Origin: Myxococcota bacterium
GTDB taxonomy: Bacteria > Myxococcota_A > UBA796 > SXON01
Reading direction: 5' to 3'
Length of the DNA stretch: 64,000 bases
Assembly: GCA_040386535.1 (NCBI GenBank)
Contig: JAZKFH010000042.1
Span: 160,001 to 224,000 of the forward strand
Shown here one piece after another: positions 55,316 to 64,000 of this stretch (position 1 is the stretch's first letter; the number at the start of each line of letters is the position of its first letter). The position numbers and the translations under genes were made by a program. The notes under the pieces are model-generated. The model was not told where the DNA came from. It ran no database searches and saw only the letters and a list, made by a program, of their open reading frames with translations.

Positions 55316-57268
55316 ATGCGTGCGCCGCTCCTCTTCCTCGCGATCCCCCTCCTCGCGACGCTGCCCATCGGCTGCACGATCGACTGGACGCTGAATCCGG
55401 TACCAGGGAACCCGAACGCGCAGGAGGACGTGACCCCGACGCCCGATCCGCCGGTCGACACGGACCACATCCCGCCCTGGGACACGGGGCCGACCACGCC
55501 GCCGCCGGAGTGTGTGGACCGGAGCTTCTCCGGCGGGGCGATCCCGAAGCTGGACGAGTGCGCGGAGGGCGGCACCGTGATCGGCACCTTCACGCCCGAG
55601 GTCCTCTGGTCCCAGCAGACCTTCACCGCCACGCCCGGCTCGGCCAGCGTGATGATGCAGCCCGTCGTCTGCTCCCTGACGGACGACGACGGCGACGGCG
55701 ACCAGGACGCCGACGATACGCCGGACGTCGTGTTCGTGACCTACTCCCCGGGCGTGCTCCGCGCGGTGTCGGGGGACGACGGGCACGAGCTCTGGGGCGC
55801 CACCGGCGTCGGCACCCTGCAGATCACCGGCGGCGTCGCGTGTGGGGACCTCGACGGGGACGGCTCGGTCGAGATCGTCGCGGCCACCGCCGGCGGGGCC
55901 GAGGCGTTCGACCACAACGGCACGTCCTTGTGGTCCTCCACCGCGTGCGCCGACTTCATCGACGGCATCTCGGACTCCCCGGGCCTCGCCGACATGGACC
56001 ACGATGGGCGGTCAGAGGTCATCGTCGGCAGCTGCATCCTCGACGCGGACGGGAATGTGCTCGGCCAGGGCGAACACGGCTGGGGCAGCTCGCTCAACGT
56101 CGGCTCCAGCGGCTTCGCGGTCGACCTCGACCTGGACGGCGAGCTCGAGGTCGTCACCGGCAACGCCGCGTATTCGATCGACGGCACGGCCCTCTGGTTC
56201 AACGGGGAGCGCGACGGCTACCCCGGCATCGGCAACTTCGACGAGGACGCCTTCGGCGAGGTCGCCGTGACCGGCAACGCCACGCTGCGCATCCAGGACG
56301 ATGACGGCACCGTGCTCTGCACCGCCGCGATCCCGTCGGCGTCGAGCTCCTACGGCGGGCCGCCCACGGTGGCGGACTTCGACGCGGACGGCCAGGCCGA
56401 GATCGGCGTGGCGGCCAACTCCACCTACGTCGTGTTCGAGCGCGACTGCACCGTGTTGTGGCAGGTCACCGACACGACCGACCCGAGCTCCGGCAACACC
56501 GGCGCGAGCGTGTTCGACTTCGAGGGCGATGGTGTGGCCGATGTGGTCTACGCCGACGAGCGCTGGGTGTGGGTGTTCGACGGGCGAGACGGGTCGGTGA
56601 AGATGCAAGACGACAACCACACCAACAATACCTGGTTCGAATATCCCACCATCGCCGACGTGAACGGGGACAGCAGCGCGGACATCGTCGTCGCCAACAC
56701 CCCGGGACGCTGGGGGAGCCTGCAAGGGATCACGGTATTTTCGGACGACGATCGCTCCTGGCAACCCGGACGACGCATCTGGAACCAGCATGCCTACAGC
56801 ATCACCAATGTGGACGACGATGGTGGCATCCCCATCTTCCAGGACGCGAACTGGCTCACCTACAACAACTTCCGCTCGGGGGATCTGACCCCGGGCGTGA
56901 GCCGAGCCTGGCCTGATTTGTATGTCTCGATCGAGGATGTGTGCACCGACGCCTGTGCCTGGGGCAACGTGACAGTCTGGTATACCGTCGCCAACCAGGG
57001 CTACGCCGATGTCACGAGCGACGTGTTGGTGGATGTCTGGGGGGAGGGCGAGGTGGGGATGATCCACCTCGGCAGCAAGGTCTGGTCGGCGGACCTGCCG
57101 GCGGGTGTGGCGTCCGACTCCGAAGCGATCGAGCTCACCGGGGTGCCCATGCCCCTCACGAGCATCGTGGTCACAATCGACGGCGGCGATGCCACCTCGT
57201 TCGGGGTGGTCAGCGAGTGCTACGAGGGGAACAACGTCGACACGTGGAACGAGGGCGTCTGCATGTAG
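55316..57268 (+). CDS. FG-GAP/VCBS repeat lipoprotein with C-terminal CARDB-like domain
   Basis: Repeated DLDGDG/DFDADG/DFEGDG/DVNGD; WNQHAYSITNV; ECYEGNN. Confidence 0.88.
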   Translation: MRAPLLFLAIPLLATLPIGCTIDWTLNPVPGNPNAQEDVTPTPDPPVDTDHIPPWDTGPTTPPPECVDRSFSGGAIPKLDECAEGGTVIGTFTPEVLWSQQTFTATPGSASVMMQPVVCSLTDDDGDGDQDADDTPDVVFVTYSPGVLRAVSGDDGHELWGATGVGTLQITGGVACGDLDGDGSVEIVAATAGGAEAFDHNGTSLWSSTACADFIDGISDSPGLADMDHDGRSEVIVGSCILDADGNVLGQGEHGWGSSLNVGSSGFAVDLDLDGELEVVTGNAAYSIDGTALWFNGERDGYPGIGNFDEDAFGEVAVTGNATLRIQDDDGTVLCTAAIPSASSSYGGPPTVADFDADGQAEIGVAANSTYVVFERDCTVLWQVTDTTDPSSGNTGASVFDFEGDGVADVVYADERWVWVFDGRDGSVKMQDDNHTNNTWFEYPTIADVNGDSSADIVVANTPGRWGSLQGITVFSDDDRSWQPGRRIWNQHAYSITNVDDDGGIPIFQDANWLTYNNFRSGDLTPGVSRAWPDLYVSIEDVCTDACAWGNVTVWYTVANQGYADVTSDVLVDVWGEGEVGMIHLGSKVWSADLPAGVASDSEAIELTGVPMPLTSIVVTIDGGDATSFGVVSECYEGNNVDTWNEGVCM

Positions 57269-57314
57269 GCCGGGCCTGCGTGAAGACGGGCCGGCGTGAA
57301 GAGGGACGCCCCAC

Positions 57315-60300
57315 TCACGCCAGCGCCATCTCCTTGAGGATCCCCACCAGCCCCGCCTCCCGCGCCTCGACTTCGACGATGCGCAGGAGGCGGTCGGCCG
57401 CGGGGTCCTTCTGCGTCACGAGCAGGCGCGCCAGCAGCCACCGTGCCTGCACGGCCATCTCGCGGTCTCCCAGCCGCGACGCCCAGGCGCCCGCCTTCTC
57501 CAGCCCCTCGGCGGCCTCCTCGCCGCGCACCCCGCGCAGGTAGGCGAGGAACACGTCGTTCATCACCATGCCGCGCTCCCAGCCACATTCGCGCGCGAGC
57601 TCCCGGCTCTGCTCGAAGCTGGCATACGCACGCGCGAGATCACCGATGCGCACCAACGCGTCGCCGATGTTGTGCAGGTTCACCACCTCGCCGAAGCGAT
57701 AGCCCAGGCCCTGGCGCACCTGGAGCGCGCGGCGGAATTCCTCCAGCGCGTCGTGGTAGCGCCCCTCGTTGAAGTGTGCGATGCCGATGTTGTTCACGAT
57801 CCGGCCGAGCAGGATGCGGTCACCCGCGATCTCGGCGTAGGGGAGCGCCTGCCGGAGCAGCTCCAGGGCGCCCTGGTTGTCATCGCGCCGGAGCTGGTGG
57901 GTCGCGAGGCCGAGCAACATCCGCGCGGCCAGCCCGCGGTCCTCCCCCGCGACACGCAGCCCCTCCTCGTAGTGGCAGCGGCCCTCCTCGGCACGCCCCT
58001 CCTCCAACGAGAGCGCGCCGAGCGCCTCGAGGCACTGCACCTGCCCCGCCACGTCGCGCAGCCGCCGCACGAGGCCCAGCGCGGCGTCGAGGTGCGCCCG
58101 TGCCATCAGCGACTTGCCCGACGCCGCCTGGATCTGGCCGAGCGCGATCAGCGCGCGGGCCTCGTAGTCGGCGGGGCCCGCGTCGGAGACGAGATCGAGC
58201 GCGATGTGGAGCAGGTTCTCGGCGCGGGAGCGCCCCAACAACACGGCCACCTCGCCGGCGCAGAGGTGGAGCCGCGCGTCCACCCGATCGTCCTGCTGAT
58301 CCTTGGGGGCCGCCCCGAACCATTGGATGCCCCGGAGGTAACACTCGAGGGCCCGGTCGAGGAATTGGGCGCGGCGGTGGGCATCGCCGGCACGACACAC
58401 CGCCAACGCGGCGTCACGGACGCGCCCGCCCGCGTGACAGTGGGCAGCGTAGGACTCGGCCACCAGCTCGATGCGATCGCCGTGGATCTGCTCCATGCCG
58501 ACCGCGACCATGCGGTGGTACTCGCGCCGCTGGATGCCGAGGATGCTGCGTAGCACACATTCCCAGACGAGCACCGACGCGAACGAATAGGCGGTGTCGG
58601 GGCTGCGGCTCTCGGGCACGATGAGCCCGGCACGAACCAACTCGCCGATGAGCAGGGTGGGATCGTCGGCGCCCACCGCCGCGCCCAACAGTGGCGGCGA
58701 GAACGTGAGCCCGATGATGGCGGCCACCTGGAGCGCGCCCTTGGCGGCGGGCTCCAACGCGTCGATCCGCGCGGCGATGAGGCCCTGGAGCGTGGGCGGC
58801 AGGCCCGGATCGATGCGGGGATCTCGCAGGCGGCCCGTCGTGCCCTCGAAGAAGATGCGCCCGGCCTGGTGCAGCGCCTTGATGATCTCGGCGAGGTACA
58901 GCGGGTTGCCCTCGGCCGCCCGGCGTATCAGGCGCGTGAGATCGGGCCCGATCGCCTGGGCGCCGAGCAGATCGGCGGCCATCGCGTCCGCCTGTTCGGG
59001 GGTGAGCGGCGTGAGGACGACCTCGCGCATGTGCGCCCCGAGCGCCTCGGGCATCCGGCCGCGCCAGCTGCCCAGGAGCAGCACGGGCTCGCCCTCCGCG
59101 GCGCGAAGGAGCTGCTCGAACAAGGAGCGCTCGAGCGGGTCGAGGTACTGCAGGTCCTCGAGCATCACGATCACCGGACCGTCGGCCGCCAGCCCGCGGA
59201 TGAGCCGCGCCGCCGCGGTGAGCATCGCCTCGCGTCCGGGCTCCCGCCGCTCGCCCACTTCCACGGCGAAGAGCGTCGCGATGACCGCGATGTCGGCGGG
59301 CTCCAGGTGCAGCTCGCCCAGCCGATCGAGGCGCTCGCGGATGCCGGGATGGCCCATCTCGGGTTGGATGCCGAGGATGTCACTCACCAGATCGCGGAAC
59401 GGCGCGAGCGGGCGGTCGCTCCCGAACGGGATCGCGCGGCCGGAGAACACCGGGATGCCGCGGCGCCCGGCCAGCTCCCGCAGCTCGCGGAACAGCCGGG
59501 ACTTGCCGACGCCGGCCTCGCCCGTGATGGCCACCAGGGCGCCCTTTCCGTCGCGCAGCCCCGCCACCATCTCGCGGAGCACCTCGAGCTCGTCACCACG
59601 CCGGAACCACCGGCCCGCCGCCCCGCGCACGCCCGGCCGCCGCCCGCCGGAGAGCAGGAACGTGGGCCGGGTGCCGCGCGCGCCCTTGCGACGCAGCTCG
59701 GGGCCGCGGTCGAACGGGAAGCGGTCGCCCGCGAGCGCGGCCACCCGGTCGGAGACCAGCGTCGTGCCGGGCTCCGCGGCGTAGGCGAGCCGCACGCAGC
59801 CCTTGAGGGTGTCTCCTCGCGCGGCGTAGCGGAACCGCTTCCCGAAGCGCTGGCTGACCGTCAGGTCGCCGATGTGTACGCCGACCGAGAACTCCATGGC
59901 GATGCCACGCTTGCGGAGGCGAGCGGCGAGGCGGTGGAGCTCGCGGGCGCAGATGAGGGCGCGGTCGAGATCGTCGCCGAGGGCGCGCGGGAGGCCGAAG
60001 AACACGCTCAGTGTGTCGTCGTCGAAGCGCTCCGCCACGCCACCCATACGGTCGACCAGCGTGCGCACCATCCGCAACATCCGGTAGTGGATGCGCGCGA
60101 TGTCCTCGCTCTCGGCGCGCGCGGACATGTCGGTGAGCCCGTTCACCTCGGCGGTGAGCACCACGACGGAGCGACGCTCGCCGTGGGCGTTGAGCAGGCG
60201 CGGGGCGCGCTCGTCGGTGTTCCCTCCGGTGTGCGTGCCGCTGCCCGGCGTGCCGCCGCTGTCCGGCAGCGAGCTGCCCGAGGACTGGTCCGGCTCCACG

Positions 60301-61313
60301 CCGGTGTGCATGGCGTGCAGATCCTCGGCGAGGCCCTCGAGCTCGGCGGTGCCGCGTTGCCCGGCGATCTCCTCCGCGAAGAGGCGGCGCATGAGCGTGG
60401 CGCGCTGGGCGGCGTCGCCGCGGAACCCCATCTCGAAGAGCAGGGCGCGCAGGTCCTCTTCGAGGAGCGAGGCGTCCGCGTAGCGATCCGCGGGGTCCTT
60501 CGCGAGGGCGCGGGCGAGCACGGCGCGGAGGGCGTCGGGCACCTCGGCGTTGAAGGCGCGCACGTCGGGGATGTCGCACGCGATGACGGCGCGCAGCTTC
60601 TCGTCGGGGTCGCCGTCGGCGAACAGGCGGCGCCCGGCGAGCATCTCGAAGAGCACCACACCCAGCGAGAAGATGTCCGAACGCCCGTCGAGCGCCTGGC
60701 CGGAGGCCTGCTCCGGCGACATGTACGCGAACTTGCCACCGCCGGGCCGCCGCACGTCGCCCGTGTCCTTGACCGACTCGCCCATCAGGCGGGCGATGCC
60801 GAAGTCGACGAGCTTCACGTCGCCTTCGTACGACACCATGACGTTGTGTGGGCTCACGTCGCGATGCACGATGTGCAGGGGGCGGCCGTCGGGGGCGCTG
60901 CGGGCGTGCGCGTAGCCGAGGCCGCGGGCCACGGCGGCGGCGATGGTGACCGCGATCGGGATGGGGAGGCGCTCGCCGTTGCGGCGCAGGACGCGCAACA
61001 CCTGGGTCAGGTCGCGGCCCTGGATGTACTCCATGGCCATGTAGTGGTCATCCCCGACCTTCCCGAGGTCGAACACCTGCACGATGTTGGGGTGGCTCAT
61101 CGAGACGGAGAGCTTCGCCTCGTGCACGAACATCCCGACGAACCGCGGGTTCTGGGCGAGCTCGGGGAGGATCCGCTTGATGACGAGGCGCTTCTCGAAG
61201 CCCTCCACACCGAAGCTCCGGGCCAGGAACACCTCGGCCATACCGCCCGCGGCGATCCGCTCGAGCAGCTGATAGCGCCCGAACTGTACTGGAAGCTCCA
61301 TCCCTTCTTGCAT
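57315..61313 (-). CDS. Ser/Thr protein kinase - class III cyclase-like - STAND-type ATPase - TPR protein
   Basis: GGMAEV, HRDVSPHN, DFG, YMSPE; cyclase-like GVHIGD; GEAGVGKS Walker A, LEDLQ Walker B, EGNPL; TPR tail. Confidence 0.92.
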   Translation of the reverse strand: MQEGMELPVQFGRYQLLERIAAGGMAEVFLARSFGVEGFEKRLVIKRILPELAQNPRFVGMFVHEAKLSVSMSHPNIVQVFDLGKVGDDHYMAMEYIQGRDLTQVLRVLRRNGERLPIPIAVTIAAAVARGLGYAHARSAPDGRPLHIVHRDVSPHNVMVSYEGDVKLVDFGIARLMGESVKDTGDVRRPGGGKFAYMSPEQASGQALDGRSDIFSLGVVLFEMLAGRRLFADGDPDEKLRAVIACDIPDVRAFNAEVPDALRAVLARALAKDPADRYADASLLEEDLRALLFEMGFRGDAAQRATLMRRLFAEEIAGQRGTAELEGLAEDLHAMHTGVEPDQSSGSSLPDSGGTPGSGTHTGGNTDERAPRLLNAHGERRSVVVLTAEVNGLTDMSARAESEDIARIHYRMLRMVRTLVDRMGGVAERFDDDTLSVFFGLPRALGDDLDRALICARELHRLAARLRKRGIAMEFSVGVHIGDLTVSQRFGKRFRYAARGDTLKGCVRLAYAAEPGTTLVSDRVAALAGDRFPFDRGPELRRKGARGTRPTFLLSGGRRPGVRGAAGRWFRRGDELEVLREMVAGLRDGKGALVAITGEAGVGKSRLFRELRELAGRRGIPVFSGRAIPFGSDRPLAPFRDLVSDILGIQPEMGHPGIRERLDRLGELHLEPADIAVIATLFAVEVGERREPGREAMLTAAARLIRGLAADGPVIVMLEDLQYLDPLERSLFEQLLRAAEGEPVLLLGSWRGRMPEALGAHMREVVLTPLTPEQADAMAADLLGAQAIGPDLTRLIRRAAEGNPLYLAEIIKALHQAGRIFFEGTTGRLRDPRIDPGLPPTLQGLIAARIDALEPAAKGALQVAAIIGLTFSPPLLGAAVGADDPTLLIGELVRAGLIVPESRSPDTAYSFASVLVWECVLRSILGIQRREYHRMVAVGMEQIHGDRIELVAESYAAHCHAGGRVRDAALAVCRAGDAHRRAQFLDRALECYLRGIQWFGAAPKDQQDDRVDARLHLCAGEVAVLLGRSRAENLLHIALDLVSDAGPADYEARALIALGQIQAASGKSLMARAHLDAALGLVRRLRDVAGQVQCLEALGALSLEEGRAEEGRCHYEEGLRVAGEDRGLAARMLLGLATHQLRRDDNQGALELLRQALPYAEIAGDRILLGRIVNNIGIAHFNEGRYHDALEEFRRALQVRQGLGYRFGEVVNLHNIGDALVRIGDLARAYASFEQSRELARECGWERGMVMNDVFLAYLRGVRGEEAAEGLEKAGAWASRLGDREMAVQARWLLARLLVTQKDPAADRLLRIVEVEAREAGLVGILKEMALA

Positions 61314-61585
61314 CGCGTCCGCCGCGCCTCTCCCGCGGCGTCAGGATCGTAGACCCTCGACGGGGGCCTTGTCTTTCCTCGGATCGTGCCGCGGCGAGAT
61401 CCCGCGCGGAAGCCCGGCGACAAACCGACGAGGCCGCGCTGTCAAGGGTCCGTCACGCGTTCGCCGCAGCCAGGCACGGTGGCGCGCGGCCCCAAAGCCG
61501 TGGCGCGCGCGCGGGGCACGGGTGCGCGAGTTCTTGACGACGGGGCCTCGAACGGGCATCCTCCCGCTTCGAACCGGACGAGCTC

Positions 61586-62371
61586 GTGCTGATCTTCCTG
61601 CTTGCGGCCTGCATCGAGAACGAGTTCCAGAATCCCCCGAAGGAGGCCTCGCTCGACACCGGCACGCCGGTCGAGGACACCGATCTCCCGGAGGACACCG
61701 ACCTCCCGGAGGACACCGACCTCCCCGACGACACCGACGACACCGACACGGGCGTCGCCGTGGACACGGACACCGGCGTGCCGGTCGACACGGACACGGG
61801 CGTGCCCGTCGACACGGACGAGCCGGTCGACACCGGCGTCGACACCGTGGACACGGACACGGGCGGCGACACCGACGTGGACACCAGCGACGATCCGGAC
61901 ACCAGCCCGCCGGGTCCCATCACGGTCGAGGGTGTCTGTGGTGGCAGCACGTGGTCGGGGTGGGCCGATCCGGAACCGGCGACGCCCGAGCTCAACGTCG
62001 TGGGCGTGTACGAGTCGGACAGCGGCTACCCGGGCCCCGCCTACGTGACCGTGCGCCGCGCCGAGGAGATGGTCCTCGTGCTCACGAGCTACTCGGCGGT
62101 CGATTGGCAGGTCGAGCTGGCCGCCGGCACCAACGTCACCAGCGTGGTCGTCTCCTCGTACGACGTGTCCTCGGTCACCTTCACGTCCGCCACCACCGCC
62201 CCGGTCTCCTACGTGGGCTGGATCGGCGCATGCGCGTACGAGATCCCCGACACGAGCCCCACGAGCGGCTGCGAGACGCCCGACCTCGAAGCGGCGGTCG
62301 AGACGATGTCCGGCCTGGCGATGAGCAGCTTCCAGGGCTGCTACGCTGGCGGGGAGTTCGCGGTCGAGTGA
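61586..62371 (+). CDS. Lipoprotein with DTD/DTG repeat linker
   Basis: Lipobox LAAC; PEDTDL and VDTDTGVP repeats; ELNVVGVYE, VLVLTSYSAVDW, FQGCY. Confidence 0.82.
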   Translation: MLIFLLAACIENEFQNPPKEASLDTGTPVEDTDLPEDTDLPEDTDLPDDTDDTDTGVAVDTDTGVPVDTDTGVPVDTDEPVDTGVDTVDTDTGGDTDVDTSDDPDTSPPGPITVEGVCGGSTWSGWADPEPATPELNVVGVYESDSGYPGPAYVTVRRAEEMVLVLTSYSAVDWQVELAAGTNVTSVVVSSYDVSSVTFTSATTAPVSYVGWIGACAYEIPDTSPTSGCETPDLEAAVETMSGLAMSSFQGCYAGGEFAVE

Positions 62372-62384
62372 CGACCGGGCGTGC

Positions 62385-63764
62385 CTAAGCGGCCGCGGCT
62401 GTCGTCGCGGACGTGTCGGCAGCGCGCGGGCGCACGAACGGGAGGAGGAGCAGGAACAGGAGCCCCATCCCGCAGTCGGCGAGCAGCACCTGGGGCAGCG
62501 TGAGCCCCCAGCCCCCGTCCACCAGCGGCGTGAGCGCCTCGCCCTGCCACCAGTACGAGTACATCGTCACGAGGTTCAGGAGCGCCATCGACGCGGTGAA
62601 CTGCGTGGCGGCGATCTTCGGCTCGGCGATGTCCATGTACAGCGCGCTGCGTACGCCGTACATCAGCCCCACGAACACGGCGAACACCATGCCCGCGGCG
62701 CACCAGTCCCAGATGAGGCCCTCCGCGCGCGGCCAGGTGCCGTCCGCCAACGCCGCGGGCGCCACGAGCCACCCCGCCGCGTGGAAGCGCCACGCCAGCC
62801 ACAACGTCGGCAACACCGTGCCCGACGCGAACATCGCCAGCGACAGGCGGCGGCCCCACCGGTCCGACAACGCGCCGCCGGTGACACACGCGATCGCGAA
62901 CACGATCGAGCTCGCGAAGCCGAGCCCGGCGATCTCGTCGTCCGTCATGCCGAGCGTGGGGGTGATGACGTTGCTGACCGTGAGGGAGAGCGCCATGCCG
63001 CCCGCGGGGAGCAGCGCGAGCAGGAGCCCCAGAAAGCCCGTGCGGGTCGTGAAGAACACGCGCCCGACCGTCCTGGCGTAGTCCGCGATCTCGGTGGCGA
63101 CAGCGCCCAGCCCGCGGGCCTGCTCCTCGACGTGGGTGGCCAGCCCCTTCTCCGCCACGAAGCGGAGCATCATCCCGAAGATCACCAGCAGGCACCCCGG
63201 CACGACGAGGCTCGCGAGCGGGAAGCCGAAGACCCCCTTGAGCGCGACCACCCCCGAGCCGCCGAGCGCGATCCCGAGCTGCGCGCCGCCGAACATCAGC
63301 CCGTTGGCGCGCCCCCGCTCGCTGTCCGTGAGGACGGACACCGCGAGCGCGTCGATCGCGACGTCCTGGCACGCGGCGAACAGGTTGTGCGCGACGAACA
63401 GGGTCGTGAACAGGCCCAGGCCCACCACCGCGCCGTCCGCCCCCACCGCCTTCGGGAACATCGCCATCGCCAGCGCGAGCGTGACCAGCATGCCAGTCTG
63501 CATCGCGACGATCCACTGGCTGCGACGCCCGAAGCGCGGCAGGTGGAGGTTGTCGACGAAGGGGCCGAACATCCACTTCCAGGCCCACGGCGCCAGGATC
63601 GTGGCGGCGAAGAGCGAGAGCGCGTCGGCGCTCATGCCCATGCGCTTGAACTCGAGCATCACGGCGACAGTGGCGAAGCCCTGCGGCAGCCCCTCGCCTA
63701 CGTAGAGGAGGGTGAACGCCGTGAGCCGACCGTTCGGCGTCGCGAGCAGGTTCAGGTTTCGCAT
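62385..63764 (-). CDS. AmpG-like MFS transporter
   Basis: LYVGEGLPQG, PWAWKW, GRRSQWI, QDVAIDALAV, ATQFTASMALLN. Confidence 0.88.
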   Translation of the reverse strand: MRNLNLLATPNGRLTAFTLLYVGEGLPQGFATVAVMLEFKRMGMSADALSLFAATILAPWAWKWMFGPFVDNLHLPRFGRRSQWIVAMQTGMLVTLALAMAMFPKAVGADGAVVGLGLFTTLFVAHNLFAACQDVAIDALAVSVLTDSERGRANGLMFGGAQLGIALGGSGVVALKGVFGFPLASLVVPGCLLVIFGMMLRFVAEKGLATHVEEQARGLGAVATEIADYARTVGRVFFTTRTGFLGLLLALLPAGGMALSLTVSNVITPTLGMTDDEIAGLGFASSIVFAIACVTGGALSDRWGRRLSLAMFASGTVLPTLWLAWRFHAAGWLVAPAALADGTWPRAEGLIWDWCAAGMVFAVFVGLMYGVRSALYMDIAEPKIAATQFTASMALLNLVTMYSYWWQGEALTPLVDGGWGLTLPQVLLADCGMGLLFLLLLPFVRPRAADTSATTAAAA

Positions 63765-63792
63765 GCGGGCTCCGGGGCGTGGGAGGGGAACC

Positions 63793-63999
63793 CTACTCCG
63801 GCGGGGGTGCGGGGGACAATGGGGAGGCCTCCCCCCGCCACCCCACCCCCGTGACCACCGGCATCAACGACCACGCCGCCCCGCGCGGCTGCACCTCGAG
63901 ATCGACCGCGCCCGCCGCCCGGAACAGCGCCACCGGGTCCCGCGTGAGGTGGCAGCCCCCGGCGAGCCGCTTCCAGACGGGCTCCAGCGCGCGTTGGGT
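63793..63999 (-). CDS. Class I SAM-dependent methyltransferase (METTL7-like), 3' end only
   Basis: Manual translation TQRALEPVWKRLAGGCHLTRDPVALFRAAG...*; W..LAGGCHL.RD motif. Confidence 0.7.
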   Translation of the reverse strand, partial: TQRALEPVWKRLAGGCHLTRDPVALFRAAGAVDLEVQPRGAAWSLMPVVTGVGWRGEASPLSPAPPPE

Positions 64000-64000
64000 C

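Noticed and set aside
1..64000. Numerous long Arg/Pro/Gly-rich overlapping ORFs, and rRNA/tRNA genes
   Set aside because: The ORFs are high-GC shadow frames with no motifs, and no rRNA or tRNA signatures were seen in the intergenic regions.

Overview
GC-rich bacterial DNA with a myxobacterial (Myxococcota-like) signature: MYXO-CTERM-like tails, an AgmX/PglI-type C-terminal domain protein, a Ser/Thr kinase-cyclase-ATPase-TPR protein and many Asp/Thr-repeat lipoproteins. I call about 46 real CDS; most of the supplied ORFs are GC-rich shadow ORFs. No rRNA, tRNA, CRISPR, integrase or transposase is evident. Recognisable loci are a DUF4178-small protein-DUF350-speE polyamine operon (its usual FAD oxidoreductase partner lies ~11 kb away), a DUF3494 ice-binding lipoprotein, a DUF1501 cluster, an SDR-P450-P450 operon, an OPT transporter, a response regulator-MetE-like-hybrid kinase operon and an AmpG-like MFS. 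The top candidate for an undescribed system is at 36.7-40.9 kb: an apparently exported caspase-like protease sits divergent from an exported protein whose N-terminal domain looks by eye like a gasdermin pore-forming domain fused to an LPP20-like domain, followed by a DUF4384-like protein. Other oddities are a PAS hybrid pseudokinase that has lost all its catalytic motifs, a CYP51-like P450 with altered catalytic motifs, a 6x50-bp palindromic array, a 157-bp MITE-like element and a dispersed 30-bp repeat. All family assignments come from motif recognition, not database searches.
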